From an uncultured Chloroflexia bacterium (GTDB taxonomy: Bacteria > Chloroflexota > Chloroflexia > Thermomicrobiales > UBA6265): a DNA stretch of 64,000 bases. Positions 37,702-47,785 of this stretch are shown piece after piece (within the stretch, counting starts at the first letter, position 1; each line of letters begins with the position of its first letter). The stretch is from assembly GCA_963724295.1 (NCBI GenBank), contig CAVRUC010000013.1:256001-320000 (forward strand), written 5' to 3'. The translations under genes were made by a program, and so were the position numbers. Below the pieces are notes generated by a model. It saw only the letters and a list, made by a program, of their open reading frames with translations, searched no databases and was not told the DNA's origin.

Positions 37702-38745
37702 TCAGGCGCCAAGAACAGCGCCGATCACGCGCGAGAAGTTCCCGAAGTAGATCTTGCGCAGGTCCTCCTCGGTGTAGCCACGCCCGAGCAGCTCGGCGGT
37801 GAGACCGGGGAGGTCCGCCCAGGTTCTCATCCCCGGGAAGGAGAGCTGGCCCAGGCTCCCGCCAGGATTCCAGGCCGGGATCTCCTGGGCCGCGCCCATC
37901 GCCATGATCTCGTCGTAGAAGTCGCAGCCGACACCCACATGGTCGATTCCGACCAGCTTGACGATGTGGTCGATGTGATCGGCCCAGCGCGCGATCGTCG
38001 GCTCGCCGTCCGCGATGTAGCCGGCGACCGCCACCACGCCGACCAGCCCGCCGGACGCCGCGATGGCCTCGATCATCGGGTCGGTAAGATTGCGGGGGTG
38101 GTCCCGGATGGCGCGGACATTCGAATGGCTGGCGATCACCGGCTGCGTCGACGATTCCAGGACGTCCCAGGTCGTCTGGTCGGACGCGTGCGAGACGTCG
38201 GCGATGATGCCCAGGCGGTTCATCTCGCCCACGGCCTGCCGGCCCAAGCGGGTCAGCCCGCCGCGTGAGTCGTTCTCCCAGGCGCCATCGCCGAACGCGG
38301 TACGCCGCATCCAGGCGAAGGAGAGCATGCGCAGGCCGAGGCGGTAGAAGAGGCGCAATGCGGCAAGGTCCTGTCCGAGCGGCTCCGCCCCCTCGAAGGC
38401 GAGGAGCGCGGCGATCTGACCGCCGGCGGTGATGCGCTCGACGTCGGCGAGGCTCAGAGCGAGCTCGATTTCGGGGCAGGCCGCGATCTCCTCGAGCAGC
38501 GCGTCGACGAGCTGCACGGCGCGGCGCAGGGCGCCTTCCGGCAAGAAGATGGAGTCGATGTAGACGGCGCAGACGACGAGGTTGACCCCGCCGGCGCGTA
38601 GACGCGGCAGCCATTCCGTGGCGAGGGATCCTTCACTGCCGTCGAACCGTCGCTTGAGCAGCCCTAACGGCAGATCGCTGTGGAGGTCGGCGAAACCGAT
38701 CCGACGCGTCAGTTGCTCATCACCATCTGAAGAGTGCGTCGACAT
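37702..38745 (-). CDS. membrane dipeptidase (peptidase M19)
   Basis: DLHSD, EG, DVSH, SHSN and HVGVGCDF. Confidence 0.9.
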   Translation of the reverse strand: MSTHSSDGDEQLTRRIGFADLHSDLPLGLLKRRFDGSEGSLATEWLPRLRAGGVNLVVCAVYIDSIFLPEGALRRAVQLVDALLEEIAACPEIELALSLADVERITAGGQIAALLAFEGAEPLGQDLAALRLFYRLGLRMLSFAWMRRTAFGDGAWENDSRGGLTRLGRQAVGEMNRLGIIADVSHASDQTTWDVLESSTQPVIASHSNVRAIRDHPRNLTDPMIEAIAASGGLVGVVAVAGYIADGEPTIARWADHIDHIVKLVGIDHVGVGCDFYDEIMAMGAAQEIPAWNPGGSLGQLSFPGMRTWADLPGLTAELLGRGYTEEDLRKIYFGNFSRVIGAVLGA

Positions 38746-39212
38746 CAGACCATCGCTCCCGCACACCAACATAGCCAAGGTGTGATTCTGATCCCGCAGG
38801 CGAACTGCGAGTTGCAGAATCTCGTGGTTCGCCAACGATTGCAACCAACGACGAGATTCCTCGCGCGCTTCTATGAAAAACTCGCCGAAAAACCCGAACG
38901 GACGCGGAACGGGTTTTCATGCCGTGGTGATGCCCCACCGGGGCATGACTACTCGGAATGACACCTGTTCCGTTCGGCGAAGGCAAAGATGGCCAACGCG
39001 GCAAAGGTGATGAACCTGATGAAGTTGATGAACTTCTCAGGTGCCGGGAACTTGCAAATCTTTGCCGCCGGTCACTAGCAAGGTTGAACCCATCTTCCCA
39101 ATACGCGGCACGCCAGGCGGCCAGTGCGACTGGTGGGACAATCCCGCCGGAGCGCCGGTTGCGACCCGGGCGTAAACCGAGCGGCGCGAGCGGGCTGGTG
39201 CCCGCTCGGCGG

Positions 39213-39632
39213 TCAGCACATTACCATCAGATGAAACCCCTTGTCGGCCGCCACTCGGCTCCCACTCGTGTCATAGGTGAAGACGGTCACGCTCGTCGAT
39301 CCAGCAGTGACGGAGGCCGAGCCAAATTCGTAGAAGTACGAAATCTGGGCGACCTTGGCGCACTCACTGACGTCCCGATTGAAGGTGACCTCATACGCGC
39401 CGTTGCCCTGGAGCTTTTTCGCCGAAGTCGCGCCGCGCGTGAAGGCGAGGCTGCCATTGGAGTCGACGATCGCCCAGAGCGTCTTCTGTTGCCGCTTTCG
39501 CTTCTTCGCCTTCGTCTCGGCGCCCCGCGAGAGCGCAATGGCGCTCAGCAGCGCGCCCATGAGTAGCGACCGACGCTGGGTTCCGTTTCCGGCCAGACTT
39601 CGGTTCAGCGCATCCAATCCGGATCGATCCAT
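39213..39632 (-). CDS. Tat-like secreted hypothetical protein
   Basis: MDRSGLDAL..QRR leader, Lys-rich spacer, GAYEVTFNRDVSEC; GAGGAG SD. Confidence 0.7.
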   Translation of the reverse strand: MDRSGLDALNRSLAGNGTQRRSLLMGALLSAIALSRGAETKAKKRKRQQKTLWAIVDSNGSLAFTRGATSAKKLQGNGAYEVTFNRDVSECAKVAQISYFYEFGSASVTAGSTSVTVFTYDTSGSRVAADKGFHLMVMC

Positions 39633-39789
39633 GACTGTCTCCTCTTGTGCCCTATGCCGCTCGATGCCCGCCCGAGCGACTCGCCGTACCCATCCACGCG
39701 AAACCAGGCGCGATCGAGCGCTACCCGGCCTCTGGTTGCAGGTCGCTGGTTCTCGCCGTCCATCGACACGCCGACCTGCTCTGGTTCTC

Positions 39790-40161
39790 AGAGTAGGAGG
39801 CTGCTGGTCAGCGCACATGGGCAGAACTGCGCATTCGGGTTACGCATTTGCCACTGTCAGGAAGCACCGGAGTAGGGTGGTATACGTAGAGGGCGGAACC
39901 GAGGTAACTCAGCCGCTCAGCGGCGGGGGTCAGGTCCGTCGAGTTCACGGCTTGGTCGATGCCGGCCAACCGCCGCCTAATCACGAGCCCCACGACCGAG
40001 ACACTGTTCCCGGCCCGCGGCATCCCAGGTGGCTAGCGCGATAGCTGGGACGTTCTGCCGCATACGTATACCCCCTCCGTTTCATCCCTCTTGCCGGCAC
40101 CAAATGCGTAGCCCGAATGCGCAGTTTTGCCCATGTGCCGCCGCGGACGGTTTCTTACCCT
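39790..40161. promoter_or_regulatory. mirror-duplicated divergent promoter; 38-bp inverted repeat (39813-50 / 40101-38)
   Basis: 36/38 identity; each copy lies 17 bp from a TAC(T/C)CT -10 element. Confidence 0.65.
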
Positions 40162-40428
40162 GAAAACCAGGACAGGTGGCCGCGTCGAGGGACGACGAGA
40201 TCCGACCAACTGAGGTCAGCAGCCGAAAGGAGGTGTTCCATGAGCCGCTACCTACGGAGCGTCGCGCTCGATCCACCCAGCTCCGTCGTCACGATAGGCC
40301 CGGAGCACGAGGCGCCGGGACGATAGGGATAGGTGGCGTGCCAATTCTCCCGGGTCGCGGGAGGGCAGCGCACACCATGGATTGCATGAGCGGCCGGATC
40401 GCGTCTGGGCCGCTGAGAGGAGAAGACC

Positions 40429-41007
40429 GTGATCCGTGTCGCAAGATTGCTGACGCTTTTCGCCGCTTTGGCCCTCATCGTCGGCCTCGCGGGATCTGTG
40501 ACCGCCAAGGGCCGCCACTCCAACGCCAAGGGCGTGACCCTGGCCAAGGAGGTTCCCTCCGACCTGACGCCGCCAGCCAGCGCCGTCTTCCTCTTCGAGC
40601 TCGGGGCGCGTGGGGACCAGATCTACACCTGTGCGGCCAAGCCGGATGACCCCAACGCCTTCGTCTGGACCTTCAAAGCCCCGCGGGCCGAGTTGTTCAA
40701 TGCACGCGACGAGGTCGTGGGAACCCACTTCGGCGGACCCACCTGGCAGGGCCAGGATGGCAGCGGTGTCGTTGGCGCGGTCGTCAAGCGCGCCGATGCC
40801 CCGTCCAAGAACGCGATCCAATGGCTCCTGCTGGAGGCGAAGTCGCATGCCGGCGCCGGCGCCTTCTCCACGATCACCCACATTCAGCGGCTCGACACCA
40901 AAGGCGGCGTCGCCCCCAGTAAGGGATGCGATGCGACCCACGAGGGTGAGCAAGTGGGCGTCCCCTATGAGGCGACGTATGCCTTCTACTATCCGGCCGC
41001 GTCCTGA
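40429..41007 (+). CDS. secreted DUF3455-family protein
   Basis: ARGDQIYTC, GTHFGGPTW, IQRLDTKGG.AP and VPYEATYAFY. Confidence 0.85.
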   Translation: MIRVARLLTLFAALALIVGLAGSVTAKGRHSNAKGVTLAKEVPSDLTPPASAVFLFELGARGDQIYTCAAKPDDPNAFVWTFKAPRAELFNARDEVVGTHFGGPTWQGQDGSGVVGAVVKRADAPSKNAIQWLLLEAKSHAGAGAFSTITHIQRLDTKGGVAPSKGCDATHEGEQVGVPYEATYAFYYPAAS

Positions 41008-41496
41008 TCCGCAAACCGACGGCGGAGGCCGCAACGCCTGAGGGTTCTACGAGCCGATGATCATGCTCAGCGCCACTGCCTGGTTTACCCCGGGCGGTGG
41101 CGTTCGTTGTGGGTGGGATGGGGGATGGCGTCAGGCGATTCACCATCGCTACTCGAGCAACCAGAGTGCGATCCATGCGAGCTGACCGAGAGCGACGGTG
41201 GCAAGCGCGGGGCGGAAAGCTTTGGCGACCAAGCGCAGCGGTGAGGTCGGTCGGCGCACCACGGCCGCCAGGGGACACAACGCCGGCGAGCAGCAGCAGT
41301 GGTGTGGGCAGCATCCAACTCTTGCGAGGTAGGGTTTCAGAGGCGTGCGAGACACACGATGCGGCCCGGAGCCGAAGACGAGGGCCAAATCACCCGGCCC
41401 ACACTACGCAAGCAGCCCAGCCCTCACACGTCTATGATGCCCGCCCGCGGCCACGCACGTGGCGACCGCTCGCACGGTAACGGCAGGAGAACGATC

Positions 41497-42045
41497 ATGC
41501 GTCGATTGGCTCTGCTCCTGTCCCTCGTTGGCCTCATGCTGCTCGGAGCCGCTGCCCCTGAAATGCAGCCGGGTACCCGAGCCCAGGGGGTCACGCCGGT
41601 CCCGGGCATTGAGCCGGAGGGGGTGATCTTCGAGCCGCTGGCCATTACCTCGGGGGTCACGCTCGCAAGTCCCGCGGACATCATCGCGGTGCGCTTGCGC
41701 ATCGAGCCAGGAGCTGGCATCCCCCTGGAGACGAGTGATCCGACAGGTGGCATGGTCATCGTCGAGTCCGGCACCTTCACGATTCGCGTCGATGCCCCAT
41801 GGGCTATTACCCGCAGTGGCAGCGCGCTTGCCGCCATCGCCACCGCCGAAGCCACCGGCACCTACACGCCCCCGGACGAGCAGATCAGTAGCGGCGAGGA
41901 GGTCACCATGGGCGCCGGTGATGCGGCCTACATCCCGGGTAGCGTCAGCGGCGAGATCCGCAATGACGGAGACGAGCCGGCGGTGGCTCACGTTGTGCTG
42001 ATCGGACCGACCGAAGGGATGACCGGAGCCACGCCCACACCGTAG
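41497..42045 (+). CDS. secreted cupin-like protein
   Basis: Signal peptide; RLRIEPGA, VESG and GDAAYIP..RNDGDEP. Confidence 0.75.
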   Translation: MRRLALLLSLVGLMLLGAAAPEMQPGTRAQGVTPVPGIEPEGVIFEPLAITSGVTLASPADIIAVRLRIEPGAGIPLETSDPTGGMVIVESGTFTIRVDAPWAITRSGSALAAIATAEATGTYTPPDEQISSGEEVTMGAGDAAYIPGSVSGEIRNDGDEPAVAHVVLIGPTEGMTGATPTP

Positions 42046-42307
42046 ACACACGCCAGCATCAGTGAGCAGCGGCCCCGGGCGTCATGCCCCTCGTTCCGCG
42101 CTTGACGGCATGATCTGGTGCGCTAGAGGCCGGCCGCTTCCTTACGCTTGCCAGCGCTGCTCGAGCGACCAGAGCGCAAGCCACGTGAACCAGAAGGTGC
42201 CGAAGATGTTGAAGGTGTTGAAGTTGGCAAACTTGGCAAACTTTACCGGGACCGGGAAGATGTGCATCTTTGCCGCCGACCACGGCTGGCGCGTGATGGG
42301 CGATCCA

Positions 42308-43204
42308 TCAAGTCAGGACCGGAGTGACGTCCGGACCGCGCAGATGCCGCTCCCAGTAGCGCTCGCGGACCCCTTGCGTGATTGACCCGAGACGGCCGCG
42401 CCCGACCGTCCGTCCGTCGACCTCGACGACGGGGAAGATGCCACCGGCGGTGCTGCAGAGGAAGGCTTCGTCGGCGGCGTAGAGATCGTACGGGGTCAGG
42501 TCGCGCTCCGCGGCGGGGATGCCGAGCTCGGCCGCGATCTCGAAGACGGTCTCGCGGGTGATCCCCTCCAGAATGCCGCCGCGCGGGGTGTAGAGCGCGC
42601 CGCCGCGAACGAGGAAGACGTTCGCGCCGCGGCTCTCAGTGAGCAGGCCGCGGTCGTCGAGGAGCACCACGTCGTCGGCATTGGCGCGCTCGGCCTCCAA
42701 CCGCGCCAGATGGGTATGCATGCGATTGAAGTTCTTCACTTTGGCGTCGACGACCGCGGCCGGCCATTGCCGGATCGAGGGGATCACCAGGCTGAGACCA
42801 CTGTCCGACTTCTCCTGGGGCCAGAGCCAGAGATAGGGGATGGCATAGACGATGAGGGTCGGCTCGTGCGACGGCATCGACGGCGAGGGACGACGGCCGC
42901 GGGTGGCGATGGTCTGCACGTAGGCGTTGCGCAATCCGGCGCGGCGGGTCGTCTCGACGATCAGAGCCTCCAGCTCGGCGCCACAACAGCGAAGGGGGAT
43001 CATGGCCGCGTGCGCCGAGCGCTCGAAGCGAGCCCGGTGCTGGGGAAGCTTGAACAGCCCGCCCTCCCAGCAGGCGAGGGTGTCGAAAACCGAGACGCCG
43101 CCGATGAAGCCGCTATCGAAGATCGAGATCGTCGCGTCCTGGGCGGGCGCGAACTCGCCGTTGATGCAGGCCACGCCATTCAGCTCTTGTAAATGCATGG
43201 TCAA
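42308..43204 (-). CDS. class IV aminotransferase (IlvE/Dat-like)
   Basis: KVKNFN, ESRGANVF, GILEGITR and ADEAFLCST. Confidence 0.9.
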   Translation of the reverse strand: MTMHLQELNGVACINGEFAPAQDATISIFDSGFIGGVSVFDTLACWEGGLFKLPQHRARFERSAHAAMIPLRCCGAELEALIVETTRRAGLRNAYVQTIATRGRRPSPSMPSHEPTLIVYAIPYLWLWPQEKSDSGLSLVIPSIRQWPAAVVDAKVKNFNRMHTHLARLEAERANADDVVLLDDRGLLTESRGANVFLVRGGALYTPRGGILEGITRETVFEIAAELGIPAAERDLTPYDLYAADEAFLCSTAGGIFPVVEVDGRTVGRGRLGSITQGVRERYWERHLRGPDVTPVLT

Positions 43205-43260
43205 CGTGCATCCTCCCCAGTCGACGTCATGACAAACCTTTCATACCGGTCGCATCCGGA

Positions 43261-44292
43261 TCAGGATGGCTCGGCGAGCCACTCTCGCATCTGCGCCGGC
43301 GTGAGATTGCTGCCGCAGATCACCGTGCCGATGGTCTGTCCCGCGAACCGCGCCGGCTCCTGCACGAGTGCGGCCAGACCGGCCGCGCCGGACGGCTCGG
43401 CGACCACCCCGGCGTGCCGGTGCAGCAGGCGCATGGCGCGCAGGATGGCATCATCCGGGACCAGGATCAGCTCGTCTACCAGGCCTCGCAGATCGTCCAG
43501 CGCCTCCGGCACCGGGACACGCACGCCGATGCCATCGGCAATGGTGTCGATGCGGTCGTGGCTGATCATGCGACCGGATTGCAGCGACTCGATCATCGCC
43601 GGCGCGCCGGATGCTCCCACCGCGACGACGCGCGTTTCTGGCCGGCGCGCCTTGATCACGGTGGCGATCCCGGCCAGCAACGCGCCGTTACCGAGCGGAA
43701 CGAGGAGGGCATCGAGCCGCTCCGGGAAGTCGAGCCACTCCAGCGCGATGGTGCCCGCGCCTTCGGTCGGTTCCGGATCGCGGCTGTCCTCGACGAAGCG
43801 AGCGCCTTCCCGCGCCGCGGCCTCGCGCGCCAGCGCCTTGGCGGCATCGAAATCCTCCCCCGCGAGGACCACCCGCGCGCCCATGGCCCGCATGCGCGCG
43901 ATCTTCAGCGGGTTCGCCTGCTCTGCCGCGTAGACGGTCAGCGGCACGCCGCGGGCACGGCAGGCGTAGGCCATCGCCTGGCCGAAATTGCCGGCGGAGG
44001 CACACATCAGCGCGACCCCCGGCGGCAGGTTGTGCACCAGCCAGTCGGCGCCCCGCCCCTTGAACGAGCGAATGGGATTGAGGGTCTCGGCTTTCAGCAC
44101 GACGCGGGCGCCGAGCTCTTCGCCCAACGGCTCGCAGACCCACTGTGGGGTGTGGAGAAAGACCGGGTCGATGGCCCGCGCCGCCGCCTCGATGCGCTCG
44201 AGGACGATGCGCCGGGCGTTGCTGGATGGCGCAAGCGATGGCGTCACCACGGATAGGGTTCCTTCACAGGCATGAGACGGTGCGGGTGGCAC
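43261..44292 (-). CDS. PLP threonine/serine dehydratase family protein
   Basis: SFKGRG, SAGNFGQ and EPSGAAG; exact start uncertain. Confidence 0.88.
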   Translation of the reverse strand: MPPAPSHACEGTLSVVTPSLAPSSNARRIVLERIEAAARAIDPVFLHTPQWVCEPLGEELGARVVLKAETLNPIRSFKGRGADWLVHNLPPGVALMCASAGNFGQAMAYACRARGVPLTVYAAEQANPLKIARMRAMGARVVLAGEDFDAAKALAREAAAREGARFVEDSRDPEPTEGAGTIALEWLDFPERLDALLVPLGNGALLAGIATVIKARRPETRVVAVGASGAPAMIESLQSGRMISHDRIDTIADGIGVRVPVPEALDDLRGLVDELILVPDDAILRAMRLLHRHAGVVAEPSGAAGLAALVQEPARFAGQTIGTVICGSNLTPAQMREWLAEPS

Positions 44293-44435
44293 GGCTCACG
44301 CGCTTTGCGATGCCCAGGACGCGTCCGATTTATTGGGCGCAGTGTAGTGATAAGATGCATGTGCTGTCGCGATCGATGACTCGCCGATGCAGGCTACCTC
44401 ACCCGATCGCTCAACGAAGCAAGGAAGGAAATGTC

Positions 44436-44875
44436 GTGGACGGACCCCAGTTCGATACGCTGATCAAGCGGTTCTCGACCACGACGCTCAGCCGGTCGAC
44501 AGCCCTGCGGGGGCTGGCCGCGACTGTTGCCGCGCTCACCGGGGTGGCGCTTGCCGCGAAGCCGGGCGCGGCCGAACAGCGGAAGGTCTGTCACTGTGAG
44601 GATGAGTCGGCGGCGAGCTGCGAGACCCTCACTTTGGGGAGAAAGGCAGCCAGGAATCACCTCAGACGGCCATGACTGCGACCGTAGGGGCAAGTGCCGT
44701 GGCGTTAGCGGCTGCTGCCTGGAGATTGGGGAGATTTGCACGGCCGGGGTCCTGCTGCTCAGGCAATTGCCTGGGCGGAACTTGCCAGCCTTGTAAGTCG
44801 AGAGGAACATCCTGTGGGTCGGATTCGGAGTGCTGCTCGAAACGGTGCAACGTCACCTGCCAGCGGAGGAGGTAG
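44436..44875 (+). CDS. Tat-like secreted Cys-rich protein with two knottin-like frameworks (two apparent frameshifts, ~44670 and ~44748)
   Basis: GTG start after AAGGA; MDGPQFDTL leader; Cys-rich segments continue in successive frames. Confidence 0.65.
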
Positions 44876-45034
44876 CAGCTCGAGCTCGAGGAAGATGGCC
44901 GCCGGGATGAGTTAGCGTTCCACGAGAACTACCCGGCACCGGGTCCGGTGCCATCGCCAGACAACCCGGCTGCTCATGGGGCACTGTTGCTCGAGCTATC
45001 GGATGGCTCGAGTCCTGAGACGCGGTAGAGCAAT

Positions 45035-45997
45035 TTGGACAACGCTTTAGCGCAGCATTCCGACCGATCACCATCAACGATCGCTCTTGTCCAGGCGACA
45101 TTTGCTCAAGTCCTGAACCTCGATGCGGTCGGCCCACACGACGACTTCTTCGAGTTGGGCGGTAATTCCCTGATCGTCGCGGCGGCAGTGGCGCGGCTTG
45201 GTGAACGACTCGGCATCGATCTCCCCATGCGCGCGCTGTTCGAGGCGCCAACGCCGATCGAGATGGCCGAGCTCGTCGCCGAGCTTCCTGGCGAGCAAGA
45301 GCGCGATCCATCCTTCAGGATGACCCCGGCGCTCCCCGACTGGGTCATTCCCCTGCAGGGCGAGGGCTCCGGGCGGCCCGTTTTCGTGTTTCCAGCCGGG
45401 CACGGTGATGTGCGGGCGCTGGCCTACGAGGCCCAGGTGGCTGTCCTCGCCAGCCGGACCCATCCGTTCTGGGGGTTTCCGCGCGAACATCCACACCTCG
45501 AGGAGGCGCGCCAGGCAGGGATCCCGGCGCTAGCCGCCGAGTACGTACGGCAAATGCGAGCCATCCAAAGCCAGGGTCCCTACCTCCTGTACGCGAGCTG
45601 CGCCGGAGGATATCTGGCCTGGGAGGCGGCGCGTCAGCTTCTCGCCGCTGGAGAATCGGTCGCCGGCATCCTCTTTTACGAGGTATTTCTGCGGCCCGAT
45701 TTCGACGAGCTCCTGCATGGTCACACGCCAGCTCACATCTCACCTGCGTGGACCTTATCGCTCTACTACCGGCCTCAGCCTCTGCCGGTCGACCTCACGA
45801 TCCTCGAAACAGACGAATGGCGCGCCAGACGCTGGTCAGAACCGTGGCGACAGGTCGCGGCCAAAGGTATCGAAATGATTCGTATTCCAAGCGATGCCCA
45901 GGGATTCCAGGACGTCGCAGCCAAACGAAGAGCGACGCTTGCCGATCAGGTACGGGTTTGGATCGAGAAGGCCGAGGCCGGCGTGCAGAGCGCCTGA
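45035..45997 (+). CDS. carrier protein (T) + thioesterase-like didomain
   Basis: DDFFELGGNSL phosphopantetheine site; GPYLLYASCAGG. Confidence 0.8.
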   Translation: MDNALAQHSDRSPSTIALVQATFAQVLNLDAVGPHDDFFELGGNSLIVAAAVARLGERLGIDLPMRALFEAPTPIEMAELVAELPGEQERDPSFRMTPALPDWVIPLQGEGSGRPVFVFPAGHGDVRALAYEAQVAVLASRTHPFWGFPREHPHLEEARQAGIPALAAEYVRQMRAIQSQGPYLLYASCAGGYLAWEAARQLLAAGESVAGILFYEVFLRPDFDELLHGHTPAHISPAWTLSLYYRPQPLPVDLTILETDEWRARRWSEPWRQVAAKGIEMIRIPSDAQGFQDVAAKRRATLADQVRVWIEKAEAGVQSA

Positions 45998-46041
45998 ACG
46001 TGCCAATGGCACGGGTCATCACAAGCGACCGCGGTCGCTGA

Positions 46042-47664
46042 ATGAATACTGAGCTGACGCGTTCGGCAAACGAAAACAGCGCCGGTAGCACGAGCGAGAA
46101 CGTGACCCTCCCGGAAACGATCCACACCATCCCGGAGGCGCTGGCCTTCTGGGCGGAGCGGACGCCGGACGCGCCCGCGCTGCGCGGGATCGACGGTCAG
46201 GCATGGTCACATCGCGAGCTGCTGCAGGCCGTTGGCGATGTCGCAAGCCGCCTCTCCGCACTGGGTATTGACAGCGATGCCCGGGTTGCGCTCGTTCTTC
46301 CTCCAGGGGTCGAGGCCAGCATCGCGCTGCTCGGCGCGATGGTGGCCGCCATCGCCGCCCCGCTCAACCCGGAATCGACGTCACACGAGCTGACGCGCGA
46401 CCTGCAGCGGCTGGCGCCACGGCTGGTGGTCACGGGAGGTTCTTCCGCGGGGACAAGCGAGAGCGTGGCCGTGGCCCTGGGGATTGCCACGGTGAGCGTG
46501 GACGACCTGCTGGCGCCGGCTGGGCACGAAGGAGGCCCGGCCGGCGGCCTTCCCCGCCGGGACCCTGAGAGCATCGCCGTGATCCTGCACACCTCCGGCA
46601 CGACGGCCTCCCCAAAGCGCGTGCCGCGTCCTCACCGGACGTACGTCGCCTGCGCGCGGGCGGCACGCGCCTGCACCAACCTCACCCCGGCCGACGTGGG
46701 GATACTGACCGCCGCGCTCCACACCAACGCGGGCGTGGCGAACTTGCTGTCCGCGCTCTTCTCCGGAGGCTCCTGTGTCGTCGCGCCGGGATTCGATCCG
46801 GTCGCATTTCCAGACTGGCTTGCGGACCACCGGCCATCCTGGTTCGTCTCGACGCCGACGGAGATCAGGCTGCTCCTGGATGCCGCGACCGCCGCCGGCC
46901 GGGAGAGCATCGCCGGACCGGGGTCGCGCCTGCGCGCGGTCCGCCTCGGGGCACAACCCTTGCCACCGGGAATCCTCGAGCGCGCGGAGCGGAGCTTGCG
47001 CGCTCTGATCTTCGACGGCTACGGCATGACCGAGGCGAGCTACATCGCCGGTGGCGGACCGGGCGCCGAGGACCGCCGCGAAGGATCCTGCGGCCGCCCC
47101 ATATCGACGGAAATCCGGGTGCTCGATGAGGCTGATCGGGATCTTCCTCCCGGGGCGACCGGGGCGATCGTCATTCGTGGGCCGACGCTCTTCCCCGGCT
47201 ATCTGGACGATCCCGAGACGAACGCGGCGCTGTTTCTTCCCGGTGGCTGGTTCCGCACTGGTGACCTCGGGTATCTCGACGCGGATGGCTTTCTCTATCT
47301 GAGCGGGCGCGCGCACGAGGTGATCAACCGCGGGGGAGCGAAGATCGCCCCGGTGCAGGTCGACCACATCCTGGTGCGGCATCCGGCCGTGGCCGAAGCC
47401 GCCGTCTTCGCCGTCCCGGATACGCGACTCGGCGAAGACATCGTGGCGGCCGTCGTGCTGAAGCCGGACATGACTGTCAGCCAGCGTGAACTGCGGAGCT
47501 GGATGCTGGACCGGCTCAGTCCGTACAAAGTGCCGCGGCGGATCTGGGTGATCGAAGCTCTGCCGCGAACGCGGACGGGCAAGGTCCAGCGCAGGGCGCT
47601 CGCCGATCGCTTCCTGAACGAGACGCGCCGGACAACGCCGGCGAGTGACTCGCCACGCGGTTGA
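46042..47664 (+). CDS. AMP-binding acyl-CoA/adenylation enzyme
   Basis: TSGTTASPK, YGMTE, RTGDLG and PRTRTGKV. Confidence 0.92.
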   Translation: MNTELTRSANENSAGSTSENVTLPETIHTIPEALAFWAERTPDAPALRGIDGQAWSHRELLQAVGDVASRLSALGIDSDARVALVLPPGVEASIALLGAMVAAIAAPLNPESTSHELTRDLQRLAPRLVVTGGSSAGTSESVAVALGIATVSVDDLLAPAGHEGGPAGGLPRRDPESIAVILHTSGTTASPKRVPRPHRTYVACARAARACTNLTPADVGILTAALHTNAGVANLLSALFSGGSCVVAPGFDPVAFPDWLADHRPSWFVSTPTEIRLLLDAATAAGRESIAGPGSRLRAVRLGAQPLPPGILERAERSLRALIFDGYGMTEASYIAGGGPGAEDRREGSCGRPISTEIRVLDEADRDLPPGATGAIVIRGPTLFPGYLDDPETNAALFLPGGWFRTGDLGYLDADGFLYLSGRAHEVINRGGAKIAPVQVDHILVRHPAVAEAAVFAVPDTRLGEDIVAAVVLKPDMTVSQRELRSWMLDRLSPYKVPRRIWVIEALPRTRTGKVQRRALADRFLNETRRTTPASDSPRG

Positions 47665-47785
47665 GGGGTCGCTCCGTATTTCCACATCTTCGTCGGTTCG
47701 CCTATCCTTTTGCCTGACGTGGCCGCGCCAGTGACCACGTCGAGGTGCTCGAGATCCAGAGCGAGCCTGTTGGGATGAGGCGGTC

